From IMG/VR virus record IMGVR_UViG_3300020061_000005: a stretch of 64,000 nucleotides of DNA. One strand, written 5' to 3'. Source of the stretch: a virus (taxonomy: Duplodnaviria > Heunggongvirae > Uroviricota > Caudoviricetes). Position numbers and translations under genes: made by a program. The notes beneath the pieces were generated by a model that saw nothing but the letters and a program-made list of their open reading frames with translations, made no database searches and was not told the origin of the DNA. Within the stretch, counting starts at the first letter, position 1. Each line of letters opens with the position of its first letter. Positions 10,759 to 20,155 of the stretch are shown here, one piece after another.

Positions 10759-11274
10759 GTGACCGTTGGACGCGAATATGCCCGCGGCACGATGGCGTGG
10801 GCGATCTGCCAGCGGTGCGGCCTGCGCCTGCTGTTGGGAGATTCCGTGTTCGATGGTCGTTTCGCCTGGCTCATAGTGCACCCGGAGTGCTATGAGCCAG
10901 TTCATCCGCAGGAGCGGCTGATCTCGGTATTCGATCCGGTTACGCTGTATCGACCTTCCCCTGAGTCGGACAACACCGTCTCCCCGGTGCTGGACATCCC
11001 GATCGTCACGCCTCCGGTCATCTCACTCACCTGGTCTTCGGCCTTCACCCTGGGCGCCAGGATCGAGGGATACCGGGTAATGCGGTCCACGGACGGCGAG
11101 ACGTATACTCTGGTGGTCGATCTGCCCATCGTCAGGACGTTCCTGGGTGAAATCACCTCCGAACCACTGGCGTACGACGACACTCCAGCGGCCGGCAGCT
11201 ATCTCTACGCAATCGATGCGTACGATTGCTACCAGCACACGCTGCGATCCAATCTTGTGAGCGCAACGGTGTGA
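10759..11274 (+). CDS. Hypothetical protein with FN3-like segment
   Basis: GTG start after a GGAG RBS. C-terminal GYRVMRSTDGETYTLVV is FN3-like. Confidence 0.45.
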   Translation: MTVGREYARGTMAWAICQRCGLRLLLGDSVFDGRFAWLIVHPECYEPVHPQERLISVFDPVTLYRPSPESDNTVSPVLDIPIVTPPVISLTWSSAFTLGARIEGYRVMRSTDGETYTLVVDLPIVRTFLGEITSEPLAYDDTPAAGSYLYAIDAYDCYQHTLRSNLVSATV

Positions 11275-11275
11275 C

Positions 11276-11935
11276 ATGTCCGCATTCACTTATGCCGAGC
11301 TGGTAGCCGCGCTGCAGTCCTGGCCGGAGGATGACGCGAGCGAGTACAACGACGCGCTGCCGCGGATCATTTCTCTGGGTGAGACCCGGCTGATCGTTGA
11401 CTTGAACTTCGAGATCTTCGATCTCACCGATCCCACCATCGTCGTCACTGGCAACAACCAGGTGATCGCCAAGCCTGCTGACCTGATCGTGGGGCGCTCG
11501 CTGTGGCTGCTCACTGGCGGGATTCGCTCCGCGATCGTGCAGCGCTCACGCGACTTCTGCCTGAATTACTGGCCCGATGACAGCGCGCTGGGTGTGCCGA
11601 AGTATTTCTACGATGTGGACGATGCTACTTGGCGGATCGTTCCCACGCCGAACCAGAGTGGCAACGTGGTAGCCACCTACGTCGCGCGTCCCCCTGGTCT
11701 CTCGGTGAGCAACCCCGCGACCTGGCTCTCCACCTACTGCGGGGATCTGCTGTTCTGCTGCTGCCTGATGGAAGCGGAGCAATGGATCAAGGCGGATGAT
11801 CGCTACGGCGACATGAAAACGAAGTACACCACGGAGCTGCTGCCTTCGCGCCGCGCCGAGATGCGCAACCTGATCCGCAACGGCGACTACAACCCTTGGA
11901 AGCCCGCCGCACAGAGGTTAACCGCCAATGGCTGA
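11276..11935 (+). CDS. Hypothetical virion protein
   Basis: ORF coupled to its neighbours. Confidence 0.45.
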   Translation: MSAFTYAELVAALQSWPEDDASEYNDALPRIISLGETRLIVDLNFEIFDLTDPTIVVTGNNQVIAKPADLIVGRSLWLLTGGIRSAIVQRSRDFCLNYWPDDSALGVPKYFYDVDDATWRIVPTPNQSGNVVATYVARPPGLSVSNPATWLSTYCGDLLFCCCLMEAEQWIKADDRYGDMKTKYTTELLPSRRAEMRNLIRNGDYNPWKPAAQRLTANG

Positions 11936-13532
11936 TACATTCTCGTCCTGGCTGAAGGCACGGCTGATCCAGACCGGCGCCTACAACAACACCTGGGGCG
12001 CGGTGCTCAACGCCGACGCCCTGAACATGCTCGATGATGCTATCGCTGGCCGTTCAGATATCACGCTCACCGGGCTCACCTACTCGCTGCCTGCACTCGG
12101 CAACGGCACAGATTCTGACTCGCGCGCTGCGATCCTGCGCTTCATCGGCTCCCCGGCCGGTGCGGTGGATGTGACGGTGCCTGGCGGGGTGACGAGCAAG
12201 CTCTACGCGATCGATAACCAGTCCGGGCAGACGGTCACCATCAAGTATTCTGGCTCGGTCGTGACCGCGGCGATTGCCACCGGCGTGCGCGCCCTGGTGC
12301 TGTGCGATGGCACCAACACCTACCTCTTTGGCGGCGGTGTCACCAACGCGGACACGCTCGGGGGCATTGCGGCCGCAAACTACGCGCGTCGCGATATCGC
12401 CAACACCTTCCTCAAGACCAACAACTACCCCTGGATCACGGTGGTGGAAGATCCGACCACGACGGTCGATGCAGCGCTCGGCAATCACCAGCGGCTGATC
12501 CTGACCGGGGATCGCAACATGGCCACACCGATCAATCCGGTGGATGGCCAGCAGCTCGTGATCCAGGTGGTCCAGGATGCGGTGGGCGGGCGGACGCTCA
12601 ACTGGAGCACGGCCTTTCTCTTCCAGAATGGCCTGCAGCCATCGCTTTCCACCGTCGCCAATGCGGTTGACTTGTTCCTGTGTTTCTACGATGCGTCGAC
12701 CACGAAGTGGATCGTTGCCCAAGCCGGTAGCATCTCCGCGGCGACGGGTGCGAGCTACAACATCACCCTGAGTGCCAACCAGTGCGATGTGAGCCTGGCG
12801 GCTCTCCTGGGCAGCGTGCCGGTGGCTTCTGTCGTGAACCTGGTGATCGCGCAGGGCTGCGTGCTGCAGGCGCTATCCGCGGGCTCCTACGCGCTGGATC
12901 TGTCGAACATCCTCCCGGTGGGTTCGACGCTGAATCTGACCAACCTGGGCTACATCCTGGCGCACGGCGGGGATGGTGGGATCGGCGGGCGGCTGCACAG
13001 CTCGAACTCCAATTCCGTGGTGGTCATCGACGGCGCTGGCAGCGGTTCAGCCGGCGGCGCGGCCATGCGAGCGCCAGGCGCTGGCATCACCTTCAACATC
13101 GTCAACGCGGATGGCCATATCTGGGGCGGTGGTGGCGGCGGTGGCGGTGGCGGCGTGGCATCGACCGGCGGCGGTGGCGGCAAGGCAGCGCAAGGCGGCG
13201 CGGGCGGCGGCGGCGCGGGCGGCGGCCAGGGCGGCTATGGCTTCGGCAACAACTCGACCCCTGGCAGTAAGGGCGCCGATGGTTCGACGGGTGTTAACGG
13301 CACCTTTGGCGCCGGCCAGGCGGGGCACATTGAAAGCGCTGGTAGCGCCGGAGTTGGTGGGTCTGGTGGAACCTGGGGCGCCGCGGGCGCATCCGGTGGC
13401 GCTGTGAGCAGCACCAACAACGGCATCCAGGGCGCTGGAGGCGCGGCTGGCAAGGCCATCGAATTGGCCGGTGGTACCGCGACCTTCGTCTCTGGTAGCG
13501 GCTCGCCGAATGTGATCGGAGCCGTTAGCTGA
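11928..13532 (+). CDS. Tail fibre-like protein with Gly-rich C-terminal region
   Basis: 534 aa. The C-terminal third is GGGGGGGG / GxGGxG rich. Confidence 0.5.
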   Translation: MADTFSSWLKARLIQTGAYNNTWGAVLNADALNMLDDAIAGRSDITLTGLTYSLPALGNGTDSDSRAAILRFIGSPAGAVDVTVPGGVTSKLYAIDNQSGQTVTIKYSGSVVTAAIATGVRALVLCDGTNTYLFGGGVTNADTLGGIAAANYARRDIANTFLKTNNYPWITVVEDPTTTVDAALGNHQRLILTGDRNMATPINPVDGQQLVIQVVQDAVGGRTLNWSTAFLFQNGLQPSLSTVANAVDLFLCFYDASTTKWIVAQAGSISAATGASYNITLSANQCDVSLAALLGSVPVASVVNLVIAQGCVLQALSAGSYALDLSNILPVGSTLNLTNLGYILAHGGDGGIGGRLHSSNSNSVVVIDGAGSGSAGGAAMRAPGAGITFNIVNADGHIWGGGGGGGGGGVASTGGGGGKAAQGGAGGGGAGGGQGGYGFGNNSTPGSKGADGSTGVNGTFGAGQAGHIESAGSAGVGGSGGTWGAAGASGGAVSSTNNGIQGAGGAAGKAIELAGGTATFVSGSGSPNVIGAVS

Positions 13533-15892
13533 TGGCTGGCCAGCGCCAAGCGAAAGACACTGACCTGATCCTCCAGCCAGGCGTTGTCACCAATCTCACG
13601 GACCGCGATGCACGCGGTCGATGGAAGGACTCCAACCGCATCCGTTGGCACAAGGGTTTGCCAGAGAAGCTCGGCGGCTGGGTGCGCCAGCTCCTCACAG
13701 GTGCAAACAATGGTATCTACATTGGCGTGGCCCGCGCGCTGCACGATTGGTCATCGCTCGACACGCAGCAGTGGATCAGCATCGGCACTAACTGCAAGCT
13801 GTATCTCATCAACAACGGCACGCTGTTCGATATCACGCCGCTGCGCAAAGCCTCGAACACGACGAACAGCCTCTCCGTCACGATGGGCTCGCCGATCATC
13901 ACGGTTACCGATATCGACCATCGAGCAAGCGATGGCGATCACGTCAACATCACCGCCTCCTTGCCGATCGGCGGCTTCGTGGTGAGCGGCACCTTCGATA
14001 TTGCCTCGATCATCGACCCGGATACTTACACGGTCACCTTCACCTCAAACTTCTCCAATAACGAAGTGGGTGGCGGAGATGTGACGATCGAGTACGACAT
14101 CTCCTGTGGCCTGGAGGAGAACGGCGAACTGCTGGGCTACGGCACCGGTGAATACGGCATGGGCACCTTCGGCACGCCGCGCCCGGTGGGCTCAGGCGTT
14201 CCAGCGCGCGCGCGTACCTGGTCACTCGACAATTGGGGCGAGGATCTGGTCTCCTCGTATTCCGATGGCGAGTTCTTCTGGTGGGACAAGACCACCGGGC
14301 CGAACTCGCGCGCGGTGCTGATCCCAGAGGCTCCGACTGATATCCAGCGGATGCTGGTGAACCCGGAGAATCGGCACGCCATTGCGATTGGCTGCTCGGG
14401 GCTGGATGGCGTGGCCGATCCGATGCTCATTCGCTGGTGCTCGCAGGGCGACTTCAGCGACTGGATTCCCACCAAGGAGAACACCGCGGGGGATAAGCGC
14501 CTGGATTACGGCTCGCGCATGATCACCGGCATCAAGAGCCGCTCGCAGAATTACCTGTGGTCCGACACGCAGATGTACACGATGCAGTACGTCGGGCCGG
14601 ACTTCATCTTCGTGTTCGACCCCAAGGGCGCCTGCAAGATCGTCGGGCCGAACGCCGCGGTGGACGTGAACGGCACCGCCTATTTCATGGCCTTCGATGA
14701 CTTCTTTATCTACGACGGCACGCTGCGCGTCATGGATTGCGATGTGCACACCCGGATCTTCGGGGACGAGGATCGCAACGTCGAAGGGGACTTCGATCGC
14801 ACGCAGGCCACCACGGTCTATTGCGCAAGCTACATGCCGAAGAACGAGGTGACCTGGTACTACCTGGCCACCACCGGGGTGATCCGCTACGTCACCTACA
14901 ACTATGCGGTGAACTGCTGGTATTACGGGGCAATGCAGCGCACCGCGTTCCATGATGTGTCCGAAGCCATCACCGGTTACAAGACCAACCCTTACGGGGT
15001 GAACGGTGGCTACCTCTACAAGCACGAAGCTGGCACCGATGAGATCGAGGGCGAAGAGATCAATCCGCAAGACTGGTTCCTGGAGTCCTACGACAACAAC
15101 GTGGGCGGCTCGGATGCAGTGATGTTGATCAACCGCATTATCCCGAACTTCGATCGACTGTCAGGCTCGATGCGGATGCTGCTGCGCAAGAAGTCCAAGC
15201 CGCGTCAGGCGCTGTACCAGGAACGCGGTCCGTATCTGATTGAGGAGGACACATTGGAGTTGGGCGTGCGCTGCAAGGCGTCGCAGATCGCGCTGCGCCT
15301 GTATAGCAACCAAGAGCTGGGAGAGGACTTCCGCATGGGCGTCTTCCAGGTGCAGGCAACCCCGTACGGCGGACGGGTAGGCAATGAGACCGGTGTCGCT
15401 CCTTCGCCCCCCGGTCCGGTGGTGCTGGCCGCTGAGTGGTTCGGTCCCGATGCCCCGCCAGCCCTGCCAGTGATTCTGGATGCTGCACTGTTGAACTATG
15501 CCGGAGTCATCCCTTATTACGGTTACAACACCATTCACGGGACGAGCGATCCTTACATGGCGGCCAATTGGGGTGATTTCAGTGAGACAGAAGTCCTGGA
15601 TATTTACACCCTTATTTCTCTGGTCTACGCGCCCGACACGGACCAGGGGATGTACTTCGCACTGCAGGGCGCCACGCTGCCGCCGAATGATGCGTTTGTC
15701 TCGCTTTCGTGGACGGATGATGGTGATGTTGAGCGTACGCTGCTTGCGACGGATGCAACTATTTTGCTGATCGATGGCGGCGTCGGTGCTGGCGTGGTTA
15801 AGGTGTGGAGATGGCAAAACGCCACGGGGAATTGGCCTTTCCCGACGAATGCGGGCTTCACTGAAAACAGCTATGAGATAACGATAGCCTGA
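13532..15892 (+). CDS. Large virion structural protein (786 aa)
   Basis: Size and position fit a tail tubular or baseplate-type protein. No enzymatic motif seen. Confidence 0.5.
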   Translation: MAGQRQAKDTDLILQPGVVTNLTDRDARGRWKDSNRIRWHKGLPEKLGGWVRQLLTGANNGIYIGVARALHDWSSLDTQQWISIGTNCKLYLINNGTLFDITPLRKASNTTNSLSVTMGSPIITVTDIDHRASDGDHVNITASLPIGGFVVSGTFDIASIIDPDTYTVTFTSNFSNNEVGGGDVTIEYDISCGLEENGELLGYGTGEYGMGTFGTPRPVGSGVPARARTWSLDNWGEDLVSSYSDGEFFWWDKTTGPNSRAVLIPEAPTDIQRMLVNPENRHAIAIGCSGLDGVADPMLIRWCSQGDFSDWIPTKENTAGDKRLDYGSRMITGIKSRSQNYLWSDTQMYTMQYVGPDFIFVFDPKGACKIVGPNAAVDVNGTAYFMAFDDFFIYDGTLRVMDCDVHTRIFGDEDRNVEGDFDRTQATTVYCASYMPKNEVTWYYLATTGVIRYVTYNYAVNCWYYGAMQRTAFHDVSEAITGYKTNPYGVNGGYLYKHEAGTDEIEGEEINPQDWFLESYDNNVGGSDAVMLINRIIPNFDRLSGSMRMLLRKKSKPRQALYQERGPYLIEEDTLELGVRCKASQIALRLYSNQELGEDFRMGVFQVQATPYGGRVGNETGVAPSPPGPVVLAAEWFGPDAPPALPVILDAALLNYAGVIPYYGYNTIHGTSDPYMAANWGDFSETEVLDIYTLISLVYAPDTDQGMYFALQGATLPPNDAFVSLSWTDDGDVERTLLATDATILLIDGGVGAGVVKVWRWQNATGNWPFPTNAGFTENSYEITIA

Positions 15893-15909
15893 GCCATGGA
15901 CACATCACC

Positions 15910-16605
15910 ATGAATTTACCAGAGGACACGCTGTCGATCGCCACAGGAACTCCGGTTGTTGGCAACAACATCGATGTGGACCTGACACTGGATGGTGCTG
16001 CGGTGTCAGGTGGGGTCGCATCCTTCGCCGTGTCTGTGCAACTGATCTTCACCATCGACGTGCTCGATGCTGGCGGCGGCGGGCAGATCGGTACCTTCCA
16101 CATCACTGGCGAACTCGACGGCAATCTAGTGACTGAGGACGTCTCGTTCACGAACGACAATACGTTCGGTCAAACCTGTCAGTCGATCAATAGCTACGAC
16201 AGTGTTTCGCTGATCAACTTCACCATGATGAGCGGCCCTGACGCGCTGCTTCGCGCTGGCAACTTGGCGGGCGGCAGCGCGCAAGGGGAATTTATTGACC
16301 TGAGCTGGACGGAGGCGACTGCTGGCACTTTCCCGATTGCGCAATACCGCCTTTTCCGCGGTGTGAATGGTGGGGCCATGTCGCTGCTGACGACAGTAGC
16401 GGCAGAATCTCCGCGCGTGTATACGGACATGGATGTGATCGGGGACCTCAACACCTATGCCTATGAAGTTATTGTGCGCGACACGAGCGGCTTGGATTCA
16501 GTGCCTTCGAATGTGGTGATCCTGCCGTTCTTCCGTATCGCTGAAGACGGGCGGGCGCGCGAGATCGAGCAGAACATTGATCGTCGAATAGTCGAGGAAC
16601 TGTAA
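15910..16605 (+). CDS. Hypothetical protein with FN3-like segment
   Basis: The second ATG is used, because the first ATG hits a stop after 5 codons. LSWTEATAGTFPIAQYRLFRG is FN3-like. Confidence 0.45.
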   Translation: MNLPEDTLSIATGTPVVGNNIDVDLTLDGAAVSGGVASFAVSVQLIFTIDVLDAGGGGQIGTFHITGELDGNLVTEDVSFTNDNTFGQTCQSINSYDSVSLINFTMMSGPDALLRAGNLAGGSAQGEFIDLSWTEATAGTFPIAQYRLFRGVNGGAMSLLTTVAAESPRVYTDMDVIGDLNTYAYEVIVRDTSGLDSVPSNVVILPFFRIAEDGRAREIEQNIDRRIVEEL

Positions 16606-17277
16606 ATGGCCAACGTAAAGATCACTGAGATGCCAAACGCCACACTGCCGCTCGCCGGCACCGAGCCGCTGGAGGTGGTGCAGGGCGGTCAAAGCAGGCA
16701 GGCACCCGCATCCGCCTTTGGCGGCGGCGGTGACGTGGTGGTCCTGGCGACCGACTTCAACACGAATTTCAAGGCAGCAAACGACACAGCAACGAGTGTC
16801 CTTTTGGAATACACCATCCCAGCCGGAACGCTGATCGGGGTGCGGTTGCTGGAGGTAGAGTCTTGGTACAAATACACCAATGTGCTCTTCGTTGGCGGCA
16901 CCACTCCACGATGGGAACTGACGAGTCGAGTCGATAGCACGGAGCTTTTTGATCAAGTCATGCCGGCCAACGCGCCTACTGATACTTTCTGGTTTGGTGG
17001 TGGCTATTTGCGATTGAACCTGCGTTTTCAGGCATTCAATGCTCCAGACGCGCAGCGCAACACCTTCGTGCTCGATGAGATGCTCCTTTATCAGACCGTG
17101 GGTGCTTTCGCGCTCACCAGGCCAATTCAATTCAATAGTGGCCAGTTATCGCTAAACGAATCTGCATTCGACATGACCGGTGATCGCGTGTTGCAGATTA
17201 GAGCGAAGGGCAATCAAGGCGCCGGGACTTCTCTGCTGACGCACCACTACACGCGCATGATGAGATACGGCGCGTGA
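16606..17277 (+). CDS. Hypothetical virion protein
   Basis: ORF. Confidence 0.45.
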   Translation: MANVKITEMPNATLPLAGTEPLEVVQGGQSRQAPASAFGGGGDVVVLATDFNTNFKAANDTATSVLLEYTIPAGTLIGVRLLEVESWYKYTNVLFVGGTTPRWELTSRVDSTELFDQVMPANAPTDTFWFGGGYLRLNLRFQAFNAPDAQRNTFVLDEMLLYQTVGAFALTRPIQFNSGQLSLNESAFDMTGDRVLQIRAKGNQGAGTSLLTHHYTRMMRYGA

Positions 17278-17816
17278 TCGCAATCACCATCCCGAGCGAT
17301 GACCACGTGAAGGCTGGGTTTGCGATGTGCTTGGCGGATCTGTGCGCGTACTCCGCTCTGAATGGCATCCAGTATTGGCGGCAGAATCCGCGCAGCAGCA
17401 GCATCGTGGCGAGCCGCTGTCATGGGGTACACACAGCGGTGGATATTGGTGCTTCGCATATCCTGTGGCTGGACTCAGACCTAGAATTCCCCGCCGACAC
17501 GCTGGAACGCTTTCTTGCGCATGACGTGCCAATCGTCGGGGCGACCTATCGCGGTCGGCGCATCCCGTTCGATGATTTGGCGGTCAACACGCAAAATCCC
17601 AACGAAGCGCAGGCGCTGCCAGGCGGATGCTTGCTGGTGCGCACTGAGGTCTACGTTAAGTTGGGCCGCCCGTACTACCGCTCGCCGCAGACCGAAGATT
17701 ACCAGGTGGGCGAGGATTATGATTTCAGCCGGCGCGCGCATGATGCCGGTTACACCCTGCACATTGATCGCTCCATCCACCTGACGCATCTTGGCGAAGC
17801 GCGGCTGAATCTATGA
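17274..17816 (+). CDS. Putative glycosyltransferase (DxD)
   Basis: GTG start overlaps the upstream stop (GTGA). HILWLDSDLEFPADTLERF carries a DxD motif. Confidence 0.4.
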   Translation: MIAITIPSDDHVKAGFAMCLADLCAYSALNGIQYWRQNPRSSSIVASRCHGVHTAVDIGASHILWLDSDLEFPADTLERFLAHDVPIVGATYRGRRIPFDDLAVNTQNPNEAQALPGGCLLVRTEVYVKLGRPYYRSPQTEDYQVGEDYDFSRRAHDAGYTLHIDRSIHLTHLGEARLNL

Positions 17817-18091
17817 CCGTCCAACAGATCAAGCAGGTGGATATCCAGTTTCCGGAGGATGAGAAGCTGGCGCGGCTGGTGCAGTCGTTGCGTAGCACGC
17901 AGAGCGCGCTCAACGCGATCATCACGGCGAACAACGCAGCGCAGCTTCTGAAACCATCGTCAGATGCGACCAACGAGCTGGCGCCAGGGCAGTGGGAAGC
18001 GGTGGTGGTTGATGATGGGGTCGCGCCGGTGCTGAGAGTCCGCTATAACCGCGCGGGCTCCACATTCACCGCAGAGGTTCCCCTGGTATGA
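17813..18091 (+). CDS. Hypothetical protein
   Basis: ATGA-coupled ORF. Confidence 0.4.
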   Translation: MTVQQIKQVDIQFPEDEKLARLVQSLRSTQSALNAIITANNAAQLLKPSSDATNELAPGQWEAVVVDDGVAPVLRVRYNRAGSTFTAEVPLV

Positions 18092-18672
18092 ACATTTACT
18101 CCATCGTGGTCGATGACTTCCTGGCTGACTTCGAAGCGGCCCGCAAGTATGCGGACAGCGCGGTCTACAAGGATGTCGAGAATCCGGCCGATGGGGTGAT
18201 CTACCCGATGATCAGTCCGGATCTCGCACCCGGCATGGGCAGTGAGATCGCAATGAACCTGATGTTCATCATGGGCAAGCCGATCTACATGAACATGGCC
18301 TTCATGCGGCTCTCCCCGGCCGGGGTCTACGTGCCGCACCAGGCGCACACCGACAAGCTGATGGGCGAGTGGTCGATGATGCTGTACCTGAATAGGCCAG
18401 AGCATTGCTCCGGTGGCACCTCAGTGCTACGCCACGTCACTGGTATGGATCGGCACCCCACGCAGCCGGAGGATATCCAGATTTGGCGCGAGGACATGAA
18501 CGATGAATCGAAGTGGCAGATCACCGATTTCTGCCGTATGCAGACCAACCGGGCTTTCATCTTCCGCTCCGACCTGTTCCACCGAGCGGAGCCGGCTGGT
18601 GGCTTCGGCCGCGGGCCGCGCAATGGCCGGTTGGTCTGCACGGCGTTCTTCAACACCACGGAGCCAACATGA
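18088..18672 (+). CDS. Hypothetical protein, possible 2OG-Fe(II) oxygenase-like
   Basis: An HxD...H arrangement (HQAHTD ... LFHRAEP) with an RxS motif. Weak evidence. Confidence 0.3.
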   Translation: MNIYSIVVDDFLADFEAARKYADSAVYKDVENPADGVIYPMISPDLAPGMGSEIAMNLMFIMGKPIYMNMAFMRLSPAGVYVPHQAHTDKLMGEWSMMLYLNRPEHCSGGTSVLRHVTGMDRHPTQPEDIQIWREDMNDESKWQITDFCRMQTNRAFIFRSDLFHRAEPAGGFGRGPRNGRLVCTAFFNTTEPT

Positions 18673-19160
18673 TCGCCCGCCACGCGACACCGGCTGATAT
18701 CCCCCGGATCATCGAGATGGGGCGCCCCTTCTGGGAGCAAACCCTGTACCGGGACACACCGTACGACCCGGATTCGATGGATCACTTCTGCCGCGTCATG
18801 CTCGACATGAACATGCTGCTGGTGGCGGAATTCGACGGGAAGGTGGTCGGCGCGGTGGGTGGGGTGCTCTCCCCGCTGTATGCCAACATGGATGTCCTGG
18901 CGGGGGCGGAGCTATTCTGGTGGGTAGAAGAAGGGTATAGAGGCGGGGGTGCAGGTAAACTCCTGCTCCACGGAATCGAAGAGGCAGCGGCAAAGGCCGG
19001 TGTCACCTATTGGGCGATGATGGTCCTTGAGGGTGCTGGTGACCCCGAGCGCGCTGCTGCCATCTATCTCGCCAACGGCTATCAGCGGGCAGAGAGAACC
19101 TTCATGAAGAGGTTGTCATGGCCGCCATCACCGGAGCCGCAATCGCCGCCGCAGGCGTAG
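18669..19160 (+). CDS. GNAT family N-acetyltransferase
   Basis: Internal ATG with GGAG and ATGA coupling. YRGGGAGKLLL is motif A. 163 aa. Confidence 0.65.
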   Translation: MIARHATPADIPRIIEMGRPFWEQTLYRDTPYDPDSMDHFCRVMLDMNMLLVAEFDGKVVGAVGGVLSPLYANMDVLAGAELFWWVEEGYRGGGAGKLLLHGIEEAAAKAGVTYWAMMVLEGAGDPERAAAIYLANGYQRAERTFMKRLSWPPSPEPQSPPQA

Positions 19161-20155
19161 CGAACAGCGCGTATCAGGGCAGCAAGAACCGTCAATCCAT
19201 CCGGGATCAGAACAACCGGACAGCCTGGATTGGCGACGCCCAGCAAGATCTTGTCTCGCGCTCCACCGAGATCGCGGATCGTCCCTATACGCCTTACAAC
19301 GGCAATCGGGTAGCTGACCTGTCGCAAAACGAAACGACTGCGATCGGAATGGCGAACAACGCCACCAACTTCAACGACTCGCGCGGCTATCTCGATAAGG
19401 CTGGCCAGCAGGCCGACCTGGTAGCCAACAACGACTGGAACGCCGACACCGCACAGAAGTACATGGACCCGTACATCGGCCAGGTGGTCGACAACTCGCT
19501 CAAGAAAGAGAACACCGCCTACCAGCAGAATCAGAACCAGATCCGCGGCAATGCAGCCAAGGCCGGCGCCTTCGGTGGAAGCCGCGCCACGCTGTTGGAG
19601 ACGCAGGGCACCGGGGAGCACCTGCAGGCGGTTGGCGATATCACCAGCAAGGGCTACTCCGATGCGTACCGCACGGCAATCAATACGTGGCAAGCGGACA
19701 ACTCGCGCCGCCTGCAGGCATCGCAGGCGTATTCCAATGTGGGCGGCGATATTTCAAAGCTCAACTCATCGCAGATCACTGACCTGCTGCGCACCGGCCA
19801 GGCCGACCGGGTGCTGCGCCAAGCGAATGCCGACTTCGATTACCAGCAGTTCATCGAGAACCGGGATTGGGATGTCAACAACCTGGATCCGCTGTTCAAA
19901 GCAGTCGGGGGTGCAACGGGTGGACCTACGCCGCAGCAAGTGCCGCGAGACAACACTGCGGGGCAATTGCTGGGTTTGGCGGGAACGCTAGTGGGCTACT
20001 TCGGTGGCACCGGCGATAGTGGAGGTAGCAGCGCGCCTTCTGCCATGTGGAGTTCGGATCGCATCGAGCAAGCGGGGCTCGCGCAGAACCAGCAGAACCT
20101 GAATGCCTATTGGGATGCGCAGCCCGTGCCTGACCTGGCGCCGATGGAGGGTTGA
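19118..20155 (+). CDS. Internal virion protein-like (Gln/Asn-rich)
   Basis: 345-aa ORF sitting directly before the giant protein. Confidence 0.45.
   Translation: MAAITGAAIAAAGVANSAYQGSKNRQSIRDQNNRTAWIGDAQQDLVSRSTEIADRPYTPYNGNRVADLSQNETTAIGMANNATNFNDSRGYLDKAGQQADLVANNDWNADTAQKYMDPYIGQVVDNSLKKENTAYQQNQNQIRGNAAKAGAFGGSRATLLETQGTGEHLQAVGDITSKGYSDAYRTAINTWQADNSRRLQASQAYSNVGGDISKLNSSQITDLLRTGQADRVLRQANADFDYQQFIENRDWDVNNLDPLFKAVGGATGGPTPQQVPRDNTAGQLLGLAGTLVGYFGGTGDSGGSSAPSAMWSSDRIEQAGLAQNQQNLNAYWDAQPVPDLAPMEG

Noticed and set aside
12940-13480. Collagen-like domain in Gly-rich fibre protein
   Set aside because: The Gly runs are contiguous (GGGGGGGG, GGAGGGG), not G-X-Y triplets.
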